A stretch of 64,000 bases of DNA from Acidimicrobiia bacterium. GTDB taxonomy: Bacteria > Actinomycetota > Acidimicrobiia > Spongiisociales > ZC4RG35. A program made the translations under genes and the position numbers. Under the pieces are notes generated by a model. The model was not told where the DNA came from and did no database searches. It saw only the letters and a list, made by a program, of their open reading frames with translations. Positions 34,273-43,432 of this stretch are shown one piece after another (within the stretch, counting starts at the first letter, position 1; every line of letters begins with the position of its first letter). The stretch covers positions 7,030-71,029 of the forward strand of contig PKRG02000008.1 of assembly GCA_017577575.2 (NCBI GenBank). The letters are read 5' to 3'.

Positions 34273-34989
34273 GTGCAGGTGATCGTCCACTCCGACCCCG
34301 AATCGTTGGCGGAAGCCGCCGCCGACTTCATCGCCGGCGCCGTCGACTCCGCCCCCGACCGTTTCAGCCTGGGCCTCGCCGGAGGATCCACCCCGCTGGC
34401 CACCTACCGGGTGCTGCGGGGACGCGACCTGGATTGGCACAAGGTCGACGCCTGGATGTCCGACGAGCGCTGGGTGCCACTCGACCACCCCGAATGCAAC
34501 GGCCACCAGGCGGCCACGGCCCTGATGGACCACGTGGGAGCGCGCTTCTTCCGCCCGCGCTGGGCGCCGTGGCTCACGCCGGCGGACTCGGCGGCACATT
34601 TCGAGGCGACGCTCCGCTCGCTCCATCCCGACGGCCGTGCCGACCTGATCCTGCTGGGAATGGGCGACGACGGTCACACCGCCTCGCTCTTCCCGGGGAC
34701 CGCCGCCCTCGACGCGCCGGAGAGCCGCTGGTACGTGGACAACTACGTGCCGAAGCTGGACGCCCACCGGCTCACCGCCACCTACCGGTTCCTGCGCGCC
34801 GCCCACCGGATCCTGTTCCTCGTCACCGGCGAGGCCAAGGCGCCCGCTCTACGGCAGGTGCTCGAGCCCGCCGACGGCGAGGAGGTCCTCCCCGCCCGCG
34901 GTGTGCTCGGAGGGGACGCCGAGGTGATCTGGATGGTCGACGAAGCCGCCGCCTCGCAGCTGTCCTCGACGAACCTCGTCCGCCACTAG
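34273..34989 (+). CDS. pgl: 6-phosphogluconolactonase
   Basis: LAGGSTP, DERWVP, LLGMGDDGHTASLFP, VTGEAKA. Confidence 0.95.
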   Translation: MQVIVHSDPESLAEAAADFIAGAVDSAPDRFSLGLAGGSTPLATYRVLRGRDLDWHKVDAWMSDERWVPLDHPECNGHQAATALMDHVGARFFRPRWAPWLTPADSAAHFEATLRSLHPDGRADLILLGMGDDGHTASLFPGTAALDAPESRWYVDNYVPKLDAHRLTATYRFLRAAHRILFLVTGEAKAPALRQVLEPADGEEVLPARGVLGGDAEVIWMVDEAAASQLSSTNLVRH

Positions 34990-35017
34990 GACGGTTGGCC
35001 GGCCCGGGCGCCGGGTA

Positions 35018-35968
35018 GTGGCCCGGGTGATGGGCTCGGAAACCCCCACGGTCTGCGTCTTCGCCCCCAGCATCCTCGTCACCGTGACGGTGGAGTCCGG
35101 CAGCGAGGGCTTCGACGACATCCACTTCCATCTGGGCGGCCAGGGGTACTGGATCGCCCGCCTGGTGAGGGAGCTGGGCGAGCGGCCGATCCTCGTCGCC
35201 CCGGTGGGCGGTGAAGCCGGCGTGGTCGTGCGTGGGCTGGTGCGAGCCGACGGCATGGACTTCGCCCCCGTCACCACCGAGGGGCCGACCGCCGCCTACA
35301 TCCACGACCGACGGCACGGGCAGAGAGTCCAGGTCGCGGAAGCCCGCGCCCCCGACTTCGGCCGCCACGAGGTCGACGACCTGTTCGCCAAGACGCTGCA
35401 ACACGCCGTAGGTGCGGGGCTGTGCGTGCTCACCGGCCGCCGCCCCACGGACACCCTCCCCGTCGACTTCTACCGCCGGCTCGCCGTCGACCTGGCTGCG
35501 GCCGGGGTGAACACGGTGGGAGACATGCACGGCGAGGAGCTCGACGCCTACCTGAGCGGCGGCCCACTCGGGGTGCTCAAGGTCAGCGACGAAGAGCTGG
35601 TCGCCGACGGGCGTATGGAGGACCCGGGCGACGACACCGCGGAGTGGGGGGTGATCGAAGGGCTCTCCGCCGCCGGAGCCGAAGCGGTGGTCGTCTCCAA
35701 GGCCGAGGGAGCCAAGGCCCGGTTCAAAGGAGTCCGCTACCGGGCCCGCTCTCCGGAGTTCGAGGTGGTGGACGCCAGCGGCGCCGGTGACTCGATGACC
35801 GCCGCCCTGGCCGTGTCGTCCGTGCGCGGCCTCGACCCCGAGGAGGCGCTGCGGCTGGCATGCGCCGCCGGGTCGGCGAACGTGATCCGCCACGGGCTCG
35901 CTTCGTCGCCGGCCGAGCTGATAGCTCGCCTCACGCCGCTCATCGACGTCGCCCGGGAGGACCCGTGA
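35018..35968 (+). CDS. PfkB-family carbohydrate kinase (1-phosphofructokinase-like)
   Basis: GGQG, LKVSDEEL, VDASGAGDSMTA. Confidence 0.87.
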   Translation: MARVMGSETPTVCVFAPSILVTVTVESGSEGFDDIHFHLGGQGYWIARLVRELGERPILVAPVGGEAGVVVRGLVRADGMDFAPVTTEGPTAAYIHDRRHGQRVQVAEARAPDFGRHEVDDLFAKTLQHAVGAGLCVLTGRRPTDTLPVDFYRRLAVDLAAAGVNTVGDMHGEELDAYLSGGPLGVLKVSDEELVADGRMEDPGDDTAEWGVIEGLSAAGAEAVVVSKAEGAKARFKGVRYRARSPEFEVVDASGAGDSMTAALAVSSVRGLDPEEALRLACAAGSANVIRHGLASSPAELIARLTPLIDVAREDP

Positions 35969-36792
35969 CCGACCACCGCCCGGCCGTCTCCGAGAGCGAA
36001 GACCGGCTCGAGGTCTCTTCCCGCCGCCGGCCGCGGAAGGAGAAAGCCTCTCTCCTCCTCACCAACGACGACGGGATCCGGTCGGTGGGCCTGCACGAGC
36101 TCGCACGTGTCCTGGCCAAGCGCTACTCGGTGCTGGTGGTGGCACCCGACGACCAGCGCAGCGGAGCCGGGACGGGGATCGGATTCTTCGACCCCGTCGG
36201 CGGGGTTACGGTCGAGCCGGTGGACATCGGGGATTTTCCCGCCTACTCGATCGCCGGCCCTCCCGGCCTGGCGGTGATGTCGTCGATGCTCGGAGCGTTC
36301 GGCGATCCTCCCGACCTGGTGGTGTCGGGCATCAACGCCGGGATCAACACGGGCCACTCGGTGGTCCACTCCGGGACCGTCGGCGCCGTCCTCACCGCGC
36401 GAACGTTCGGCACCAGCGGGCTGGCCGTGAGCCTGGCCGAGTCCGACCCGTGGCGCTGGGACACCGCCGCGGCAGTCGCCGACGCCGTGGTCGAGTGGAT
36501 GCTGGCGGAGTCCCCGGGCCTCATGACCCTGAACCTCAACGTGCCCGCCCGCGACCTCTCGGACCTGAAGGGCCTGCGCTGGGCGGAGCTCGACGAGTTC
36601 GGCTACTTCCGGGTCGCCATCGCCGACCTCCCCGGCCAGCGCCTCCAGTTCGAGGTGGGAGCCCCCGATTCCGGCGTCGACCCGGCCTCCGACACCGCCC
36701 TCCTCGGCTACGGGTTCGCCACCCTCACCCCGCTCACGTCGGTGGAGACCACTCCTTTCCCCGCCGGCATCCCCGATCTCGGGAGCCGCTAG
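35965..36792 (+). CDS. surE: 5'/3'-nucleotidase SurE
   Basis: LLTNDDG, VVAP...RSGAG, VVSGINAGINTG..HSGTVGA, LNLNVP, TPL. Confidence 0.92.
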   Translation: MTDHRPAVSESEDRLEVSSRRRPRKEKASLLLTNDDGIRSVGLHELARVLAKRYSVLVVAPDDQRSGAGTGIGFFDPVGGVTVEPVDIGDFPAYSIAGPPGLAVMSSMLGAFGDPPDLVVSGINAGINTGHSVVHSGTVGAVLTARTFGTSGLAVSLAESDPWRWDTAAAVADAVVEWMLAESPGLMTLNLNVPARDLSDLKGLRWAELDEFGYFRVAIADLPGQRLQFEVGAPDSGVDPASDTALLGYGFATLTPLTSVETTPFPAGIPDLGSR

Positions 36793-38777
36793 CGGCGCCT
36801 CATCTCCGATTCGGTGCGCAGGACTGCCAGGAGGACCCGCAGCAGGAGAGTCACGGCGATGAACAGGCCCACCCAGCCCAGCACCTCGTAGAGGCCGACC
36901 CCGGCGAACTCGGCGAAGGTCAGATCCTCTTCGACCTGGAGGAGCATCACCGAGACGACACCCGCCCCGATGCTGAGCAGCGTCAACAACGCCTGGTTGA
37001 CCATCCGCTGGAAGAAGTGACGGTCCTCGGCCTCGCTGAAGAGCCGCACCCTGCCCACCAGGCGGCCGTGCTCGGCCATCGTGGCGATGCGGTCCAGGTG
37101 GCGGGGCAGGCGGGTGAGGATGGGCCCCAGCTCCGCCCATTCCTGCTGCAGGTACTCCTTGGCCGAGCCCGGCGTCATCCGTCGTCTCAGCTCCAGGCCC
37201 CCCAGGTCGGCGACGACCTCGACGACCGGGTAGTTGGGGACGAGATGCTCGAGCGTCCCCGTCAGCGTGGCGAGGGCCCGGAACATCGTCACGGTGGAGC
37301 GGGGAAGGCGCAGACCCAGCTCCGCCGTGAGCCGGACGAGGTCGACGAGCGCCTCGGCGGAGGGCAGCCCGCTCCCTGACAGGTTGGCGGCCATGAACTG
37401 GGCGAACGCCCGCTCGATTCGGTCCGGGTCGTGCATGGCCGGGTCCACGGCCCCGATCGACACCATCGACTCGTACAGCAGCGTGGGCTGTTCGAGATGG
37501 AGCGCCACCAGCATCTGGAAGACGGCGGCCCTCTCGAACGAGTCGAGCCGGCCGCTGATGCCGAGGTCGATGAGCCCGAGCCGGCCGTCGTCGAGGACGA
37601 GGACGTTGCCGGGGTGGGGGTCGCCATGGAATCGCTCGCCGTGGATCATCGCCTCCACCTGTGATCGGCAGAGGGCGTCGGCGAGGGAGCGCGGGTCGAT
37701 GGGGGCGTCGGCGGGGAGCTGTGACAGGGGGATCCCGTCGAGGCGCTCCATGACGAGAAGGCCGTCGGTGGTGAGGTCGTCGTGGACACGGGGCACGTGG
37801 ACCAAGGAATGGGAAGCCGAGGCCTCGGCGACCTCGGTGAGGTTGCGAGCCTCGGTGCGGAAGTCCAACTCTCCCATGAGGGTGTCGCTGAACTCTTGGG
37901 CCAGCGCCTCGGCGTCGAACGTCCGTCCCCACTCCGTCCGCCGGGTCACCATGCGGGCGAGCCACCGCGTGATCGCCAGGTCCCGCTCCACCACTTCCAT
38001 GAGCCCGGGCCGGCGCACCTTCACCACCACGGGGCGGCCGTCGCGCCGCCTCGCCGCATGGGCCTGGGCGATGGACGCCGAACCCAGCGGGTCCCAATCG
38101 AACTCGGAGAAGACCTCCGACAGCGGCCGCCCCAGCTCGGCCGCGATGGTCGCCTCCACCTCCTCCCGTTCGAGCGGCGCCGCCGACGAGTGCAGGCGGG
38201 CCAGTTCTTCCTGGACGGCCGGCGGCACCAGGTCCGGACGGGTGGCGAGGAGCTGGCCGAGCTTGATGAAGATGCCGCCGGCCTCCTCCAATGCCAGCCG
38301 GGCGCGCCGGGCCAGCTCTTCGGGGGCGTGGGCCGTGCCGCTTCCCCGGCGCAACCCGATCAGCGGCGACAGGCCGTGACGGGCGGCGATCCGCGATATC
38401 TCCATGGCCCGCCGGGCGATCCCTCCTCCTCTGCGCACGAGGCGGAACAGCGCGAACCGCGGCCGCTTCCTCTTCTGTGGGGCGCGGCTGAACAGGAGCT
38501 CGAGGACCACCACCGCCCCCATCGTCCCGATGATCGTGAAGGGGATGGCCACGAGGTTGAAGGCGGCCGCATCGGGCCGGGCGATGTCGCCCAGCTCGTC
38601 GAGGACCAGGAGGGCTGCCGCCAGCCCGCCGACGCTGAGGCCGGCGAGGGCGGCGAGGAGCAGCCGCCGCCACGTGAGCTGGCGGGCGTCGAGCAGGGCC
38701 CGAGCCACCCATGCGAAGAGGAAGAGGATGAGGAGGCTCGAGAGGATCCCCATGATCCCGGCGAAGAACTGGCCCAC
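36789..38777 (-). CDS. AarF/ABC1/UbiB-family atypical kinase with N- and C-terminal TM helices
   Basis: FIKLGQLLATRPDL, GSASIAQAH, VVVKV, ELDFRTEA, FHGDPHPGN, IDLG; GTG 38777 lies 7 nt after TAGCTT. Confidence 0.92.
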   Translation of the reverse strand: MGQFFAGIMGILSSLLILFLFAWVARALLDARQLTWRRLLLAALAGLSVGGLAAALLVLDELGDIARPDAAAFNLVAIPFTIIGTMGAVVVLELLFSRAPQKRKRPRFALFRLVRRGGGIARRAMEISRIAARHGLSPLIGLRRGSGTAHAPEELARRARLALEEAGGIFIKLGQLLATRPDLVPPAVQEELARLHSSAAPLEREEVEATIAAELGRPLSEVFSEFDWDPLGSASIAQAHAARRRDGRPVVVKVRRPGLMEVVERDLAITRWLARMVTRRTEWGRTFDAEALAQEFSDTLMGELDFRTEARNLTEVAEASASHSLVHVPRVHDDLTTDGLLVMERLDGIPLSQLPADAPIDPRSLADALCRSQVEAMIHGERFHGDPHPGNVLVLDDGRLGLIDLGISGRLDSFERAAVFQMLVALHLEQPTLLYESMVSIGAVDPAMHDPDRIERAFAQFMAANLSGSGLPSAEALVDLVRLTAELGLRLPRSTVTMFRALATLTGTLEHLVPNYPVVEVVADLGGLELRRRMTPGSAKEYLQQEWAELGPILTRLPRHLDRIATMAEHGRLVGRVRLFSEAEDRHFFQRMVNQALLTLLSIGAGVVSVMLLQVEEDLTFAEFAGVGLYEVLGWVGLFIAVTLLLRVLLAVLRTESEMRRR

Positions 38778-38814
38778 CTCGGGCAAGCTAACACGCCCCG
38801 CGTCGTTGCTTCGA

Positions 38815-39687
38815 TCAGGCGCCGGCGATCCGACGCAGCGGCATCCGCGGCCCGAAGGCGGGCTCGTGGCCGAGGATGGTGAGGAGCCGCACGACACGGC
38901 CCCGATGGGGGCGGAATGGCTCGAGCAGCCGGAGCATCTCCTCGTCGGTGCCGCGGGGCCGCCCGGTCAGATGCCAGGCGACGATGTGCTTGTGGTGGTA
39001 GTCGCCCACCGACACCGCGTCGGCGTCGCCGTGGCTGATGGCCACCGTCTCGGCGGCGGTCCACTCCCCCACTCCCGGGTAGCGCCGCAGCCAACGTTGC
39101 GCGTCGGCCGATGGCACCTCCGCCAGCCGCTCGATCCGCCGGTGATCGGCCGCCACCTTTCGGAGGACCTCGGCCCGTCGTCTCTCGATGCCGAGTGGGT
39201 GGTATTCCCAGTACGGCGCTTCGGCCATGCGCTCGGGGTCGGGCGGCAGCCTCAGGGGCCGCGGCCCGGGCGCAGGATCCCCGAATCGACGCCAGAGCTG
39301 GCGCAAGCTGATCCCCGCCTCCTTGCCCGCCACCTTCTGGCTGACGACGGCGACCACGAGGGCGTCGAATACGAGACCGGTGGCACCGAAGCGCATGCCG
39401 CGGTGACGCCGGGCGAGCGGGCCGACCACCGGGTGGTCGGTGACGAGAGCTTCCGGCTCGTCACCGAGCCCGATCCATCGCGGGACACGCTCGAGGACCC
39501 AGTCGGCGCCGCTCCCCCACGCCGTCGCCTGGACGCCACCGTCGATCCCCTCCAAGTGGAGCGTGACGGGACCTTCGGGGGTGCGGGCTGTGCGCCACCA
39601 CCCGTCCGCGTCGAACCGGCCCCCGAGGGGAGCCAGCGTCCTCTTCAGCTCCAAAGGGACGTCGATGGGGACGAGTCGCTGCTTCAG
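38815..39687 (-). CDS. HhH-GPD DNA glycosylase (AlkA/3-methyladenine glycosylase II-like)
   Basis: AVVSQKV, PGVGEWTA, DAVSVGDYH, LEPFRPHRGR; probable CTG start after AAAGGAGGG (alternative TTG 39654). Confidence 0.86.
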   Translation of the reverse strand: MKQRLVPIDVPLELKRTLAPLGGRFDADGWWRTARTPEGPVTLHLEGIDGGVQATAWGSGADWVLERVPRWIGLGDEPEALVTDHPVVGPLARRHRGMRFGATGLVFDALVVAVVSQKVAGKEAGISLRQLWRRFGDPAPGPRPLRLPPDPERMAEAPYWEYHPLGIERRRAEVLRKVAADHRRIERLAEVPSADAQRWLRRYPGVGEWTAAETVAISHGDADAVSVGDYHHKHIVAWHLTGRPRGTDEEMLRLLEPFRPHRGRVVRLLTILGHEPAFGPRMPLRRIAGA

Positions 39688-39710
39688 CCGCCCTCCTTTC
39701 TGAGTGCCGG

Positions 39711-39770
39711 AGCGTAACGGTGAGCTGGGACATGGCCCGGGCCAAGAATGTCCCAGCGCTCCGATAGGTT
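39711..39770. promoter_or_regulatory. Back-to-back divergent promoters TGTCCC-N10-TAnnnT (PafBC/RecA-NDp-like)
   Basis: Plus: TGTCCC 39749-39754, N10, TAGGTT 39765-39770. Minus: TGTCCC 39732-39727, N10, TACGCT 39716-39711. Confidence 0.6.
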
Positions 39771-39776
39771 GGGGTC

Positions 39777-41060
39777 ATGTTGGGGGAATGGGTGGAGACT
39801 TCTCCGGGTGGGGTGTCGGTTTCTCCTACTCGGGGGTTGGAGGCGGTGGAGGCGGGGCCTCTGTTGGCTTGGCGTCTGGCTCGGGTCGATCGGCGGGAGC
39901 TGAACGGGAACCAGCTGGTGGAGTTGATGCGGGCACGTTCCCGTCTGGTTTCGCACCTGCAGGCGGAGTTGTTGGCTGATGTCGCCGAGTTGGCCCACAC
40001 CCCGCCTGGTTCTGCCGGCTCGCCTCCGGAGCGGACCGGAGGGGTGGACGAGTTCGTCTCCGACGAGGTAGCGGCGGCGTTGACGCTCACGTCCCGGTCG
40101 GCTGATTCTTTGGTGAAGCTGGCGTTGGATCTGGAACGGCTTCCTCAGGTGCTGGCTGCGCTGCAGGCCGGCCGCATCGACGTTCCCCGGGCGAGGGTCC
40201 TGTGCGAGGAGACGGCTCTGCTCGACGACACCGAGGCGGCAGCCGTCATCGACCAGATCCTGTCCGAAGCGGAGCAGTTGACGACCGCTCAGCTCGGCCG
40301 CCGGGTCCGGCGCCTCGTCACCGAAATCGATCCCGAAGCTGCTCGCCGTCGCCTCGAACACGGGCAGAAGGAGCGGCGGATAGAGACAGCGTCCAACCCG
40401 GACGGCACCGCCGACCTGGTGGGCCGCCACCTCCCACCCGACAGAGCCGCAGAGGCGTGGTCACGCATCAAAGCCATCGCCCGCCACCTCAAACGAAACG
40501 GCGACGAACGCACCCTCGACCAGATCCGCGCCGACGTGTTCCTGGCCCTCCTGGCAGGAGAGGCCACCTACCCGACACACACCAGCGGCGGGGTCAGGCT
40601 GACGATCGACCTCCCCACCCTCATGGGCCTGACCGAACGAGCCGGCGACCTCGAAGACTGGGGGCCGGTCGTCTCCGACCTCGCCCGCCAGATAGCCGAC
40701 GCGCTCCACGGTTCACCCTGGGAGGCATCGGTCACCGACCCCGCCACCGGGCTTCCGATCTGGGTGGGCACCACCCGCCGCCGCCCCACAACCACCCAAC
40801 GCCGCTGGATCGAAGCCACCAACCCCGCCTGCGTGTTCCCCGGCTGCAGCCGACCAGCCACCAAATGCCACCTCGACCACACCGTGCCCGTCAGCCGCAA
40901 TGGCAAAACCACCATCCTCAACCTCGGCCCGCTCTGTGCCCGCCACCACCTACGCGCCAAACACAAAGCCGGATGGAAACTCGCCCAACCCCAACCCGGC
41001 ACCTTCTGCTGGACCAGTCCCCGCAGCCACCAATACGAAGTGCGACCCCGGCCGCCGTGA
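39777..41060 (+). CDS. DUF222/HNH endonuclease (13E12-repeat-like family)
   Basis: ALQAGRIDVPRARV, RTLDQIRADVF, CVFPGC...CHLDHTVP...NLGPLCARHH..KH. Confidence 0.88.
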   Translation: MLGEWVETSPGGVSVSPTRGLEAVEAGPLLAWRLARVDRRELNGNQLVELMRARSRLVSHLQAELLADVAELAHTPPGSAGSPPERTGGVDEFVSDEVAAALTLTSRSADSLVKLALDLERLPQVLAALQAGRIDVPRARVLCEETALLDDTEAAAVIDQILSEAEQLTTAQLGRRVRRLVTEIDPEAARRRLEHGQKERRIETASNPDGTADLVGRHLPPDRAAEAWSRIKAIARHLKRNGDERTLDQIRADVFLALLAGEATYPTHTSGGVRLTIDLPTLMGLTERAGDLEDWGPVVSDLARQIADALHGSPWEASVTDPATGLPIWVGTTRRRPTTTQRRWIEATNPACVFPGCSRPATKCHLDHTVPVSRNGKTTILNLGPLCARHHLRAKHKAGWKLAQPQPGTFCWTSPRSHQYEVRPRPP

Positions 41061-41072
41061 CCGCCTCTTGGG

Positions 41073-41918
41073 TCAGAGGCCCTTGGGGTGCCAGACCGTC
41101 TTCGTCTCGGTGAAGGCGGCGATCACGTACGGCGACCGGTCGCCGAACTCGCCGTCGAGCACCACCCGCTTCACGTTGTGGACCGCACCCTCCTGGATGC
41201 GCCGGCGCTGCTCGGGCGTGGCGCCGGCGGCGTCGATGGCGTTGACGTCCATGTGGTCGGCCAGCCACGGGATCAGCTCGTCGGTGTGGCCGGTGAGGAT
41301 GTTCACCACCCCGGGCGGGACGTCGGAGGTCGCCAGGACCTCGGCCAGGGTCACCGCCGGCATCGGCCGCGACTCCGACGCGATCACCACCGCGGTGTTG
41401 CCGGACACCAGCACCGCCGACAGACGCGACACCAGGCCCAGCAGGGCCGAGTCCTGGGGGGCGACGATACCGACGACGCCGGTGGGCTCGGGAGCGGAGA
41501 TGTTGAAGAACGGGCCGGCGACGGGGTTGAGGTTGCCGTAGATCTGGGCGAACTTGTCCGCCCAGCCGGCGTACCACACGATGGTGTCGATCGCCTCCGT
41601 CACCTCCCGTCGGGCCCGGCGGCGGTCGGGGTCGGTGACCTGGACCTGGCTCACGAAGGTCTCGAAGCGGTCCTCGATCATCTCCGCCACCCGGTAGAGG
41701 ATCTGGCCCCGGTTGTATCCGGAACGGGCCGCCCACGACGCCTGGGCGTTGCGGGCGTGACGGACGGCGTCGCGCAGGTCCTTGCGTGAGGCCTGGGCTA
41801 CCCGGGCGACGACCCGGCCCCGGGCGTCGAGAGCCGGATAGGAGCGACCCGACTCGGAGCGGGGGAACTCCCCGCCGATGTACAGCTTGTAGGTCTTGCG
41901 GACGTCGACGCGGCTCAC
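41073..41918 (-). CDS. Short aldehyde-dehydrogenase-like protein (NAD-binding domain; no catalytic domain seen)
   Basis: VRKTYKLYIGGEFPRSESGRSY, WYAGWADK, EPTGVVGI, KTVWHP; 281 aa with no Cys. Confidence 0.85.
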   Translation of the reverse strand: MSRVDVRKTYKLYIGGEFPRSESGRSYPALDARGRVVARVAQASRKDLRDAVRHARNAQASWAARSGYNRGQILYRVAEMIEDRFETFVSQVQVTDPDRRRARREVTEAIDTIVWYAGWADKFAQIYGNLNPVAGPFFNISAPEPTGVVGIVAPQDSALLGLVSRLSAVLVSGNTAVVIASESRPMPAVTLAEVLATSDVPPGVVNILTGHTDELIPWLADHMDVNAIDAAGATPEQRRRIQEGAVHNVKRVVLDGEFGDRSPYVIAAFTETKTVWHPKGL

Positions 41919-43429
41919 GGGCGCCCTCCTGCGTGCTTCACGTAGTTGAGGAGGCCGTGACGTCCTCCCTCCCGGCCGAAGCCGGACTCCTTGTACCCGC
42001 CGAACGGCGAAGCCGGGTCGAACTTGTTGTAGGTGTTGGCCCACACCACCCCGGCTTTCATCCGGTCCGCCATCCACAGGATGCGGGATCCCTTCGACGT
42101 CCACACGCCGGCGGAGAGGCCGTAGGGGGTGTTGTTGGCCTTCTCGACCGCCTCGGCGGGGGTGCGGAAGCTCATGATCGACAGCACCGGCCCGAAGATC
42201 TCTTCCTGGGCGATGCGGTGCGACTGGGACACGCCGGTGAAGAGGGTGGGGACGAACCAGTAGCCCCGGTCCGGGAGCTCGCATTGCGGCTGGTAGATCT
42301 CGGCGCCTTCCTCGACTCCGGCTTCGACGAGCTGGCGGATCTTCTCCAGCTGCTGGCGGCTGTTGATGGCGCCGACGTCGGTGTTCTTGTCGAGGGGGTC
42401 GCCCACCCGCAGCGTGGCCAGACGCGCCTTGAGCTTGTCGACGAACAGGTCGTGGATGTTCTCTTGGACGAACAGCCGCGACCCGGCACAGCACACGTGG
42501 CCCTGGTTGAAGAAGATCCCGTTCACCACCCCTTCGATCGCCTGGTCGATGGGGGCGTCGTCGAAGATCACGTGGGCCGCCTTGCCGCCCAGCTCGAGGG
42601 TCAGGCGCTTGCGGGTTCCGGCCACCTGCGACTGGATCAGCTTGCCCACCTCGGTGGAGCCGGTGAACGCCACCTTGTCGACGTCGGGATGGCCCACGAC
42701 GGCCGCTCCCGTCTCACCGGCGCCGGTGACGACGTTGAACACCCCCGGGGGCAGCCCCGCCTCGGCGGTTATCTCGGCGAAGACCAGGGCCGTCAGCGGC
42801 GTGGTCTCGGCCGGCTTGAGGACGACGGTGTTGCCCGTCGCCAGCGCCGGCGCCACCTTCCAGGCGAGCATCAGCAGCGGGAAGTTCCAGGGGATCACCT
42901 GGCCGGCGACACCCAGCGGCTCGGGGCGGAAGCCGGGGAAGGCGTACTCGAGCTTGTCCGCCCACCCGGCGTAGTAGAAGAAGTTGGCTGCCACCTGCGG
43001 CAGGTCGACGTCGCGGGACTCCTTGATCGGCTTGCCGCCGTCGAGCGTCTCCAGGACGGCCAGCTCCCGGGAGCGCTCCTGGATCATCCGGGCGATGCGG
43101 AAGATGTACTTCGCCCGCTCCGAGCCCGGCATGCGTCCCCAGCCGTCCTCGAAGGCGGCCCGGGCCGCCGCCACCGCGGCGTCGACGTCGTCGGGGCCGG
43201 CCTCGGCCACCTCGGCGAGGGTCTCCTCGGTGGCGGGATCGACCGTCGGGAAGTACTTGCCGCTCTTCGGCTTGCGGAACTCGCCGCCGATGAACAGGTC
43301 GTAGCGGTCGGCTATCTCGACGATGTCGGTCGACTCCCGGGACGGGACGTACTCCCATTCGATCCGGGGAGCCAGCACATCGGCCTTGCGGCTCGCCACC
43401 TCGGTGTTCTCTGTGGTCTGCGGCTCCAT
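41915..43429 (-). CDS. Aldehyde dehydrogenase
   Basis: IPWNFP, FTGSTEVG, LELGGK, NQGHVCCAGSR, EEIFGPV, PFGGYKESG. Confidence 0.95.
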   Translation of the reverse strand: MEPQTTENTEVASRKADVLAPRIEWEYVPSRESTDIVEIADRYDLFIGGEFRKPKSGKYFPTVDPATEETLAEVAEAGPDDVDAAVAAARAAFEDGWGRMPGSERAKYIFRIARMIQERSRELAVLETLDGGKPIKESRDVDLPQVAANFFYYAGWADKLEYAFPGFRPEPLGVAGQVIPWNFPLLMLAWKVAPALATGNTVVLKPAETTPLTALVFAEITAEAGLPPGVFNVVTGAGETGAAVVGHPDVDKVAFTGSTEVGKLIQSQVAGTRKRLTLELGGKAAHVIFDDAPIDQAIEGVVNGIFFNQGHVCCAGSRLFVQENIHDLFVDKLKARLATLRVGDPLDKNTDVGAINSRQQLEKIRQLVEAGVEEGAEIYQPQCELPDRGYWFVPTLFTGVSQSHRIAQEEIFGPVLSIMSFRTPAEAVEKANNTPYGLSAGVWTSKGSRILWMADRMKAGVVWANTYNKFDPASPFGGYKESGFGREGGRHGLLNYVKHAGGRP

Positions 43430-43432
43430 CGG

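Noticed and set aside
41073-41918. Short ALDH as a pseudogene
   Set aside because: The ORF is intact, translationally coupled, and has coherent N- and C-terminal motifs
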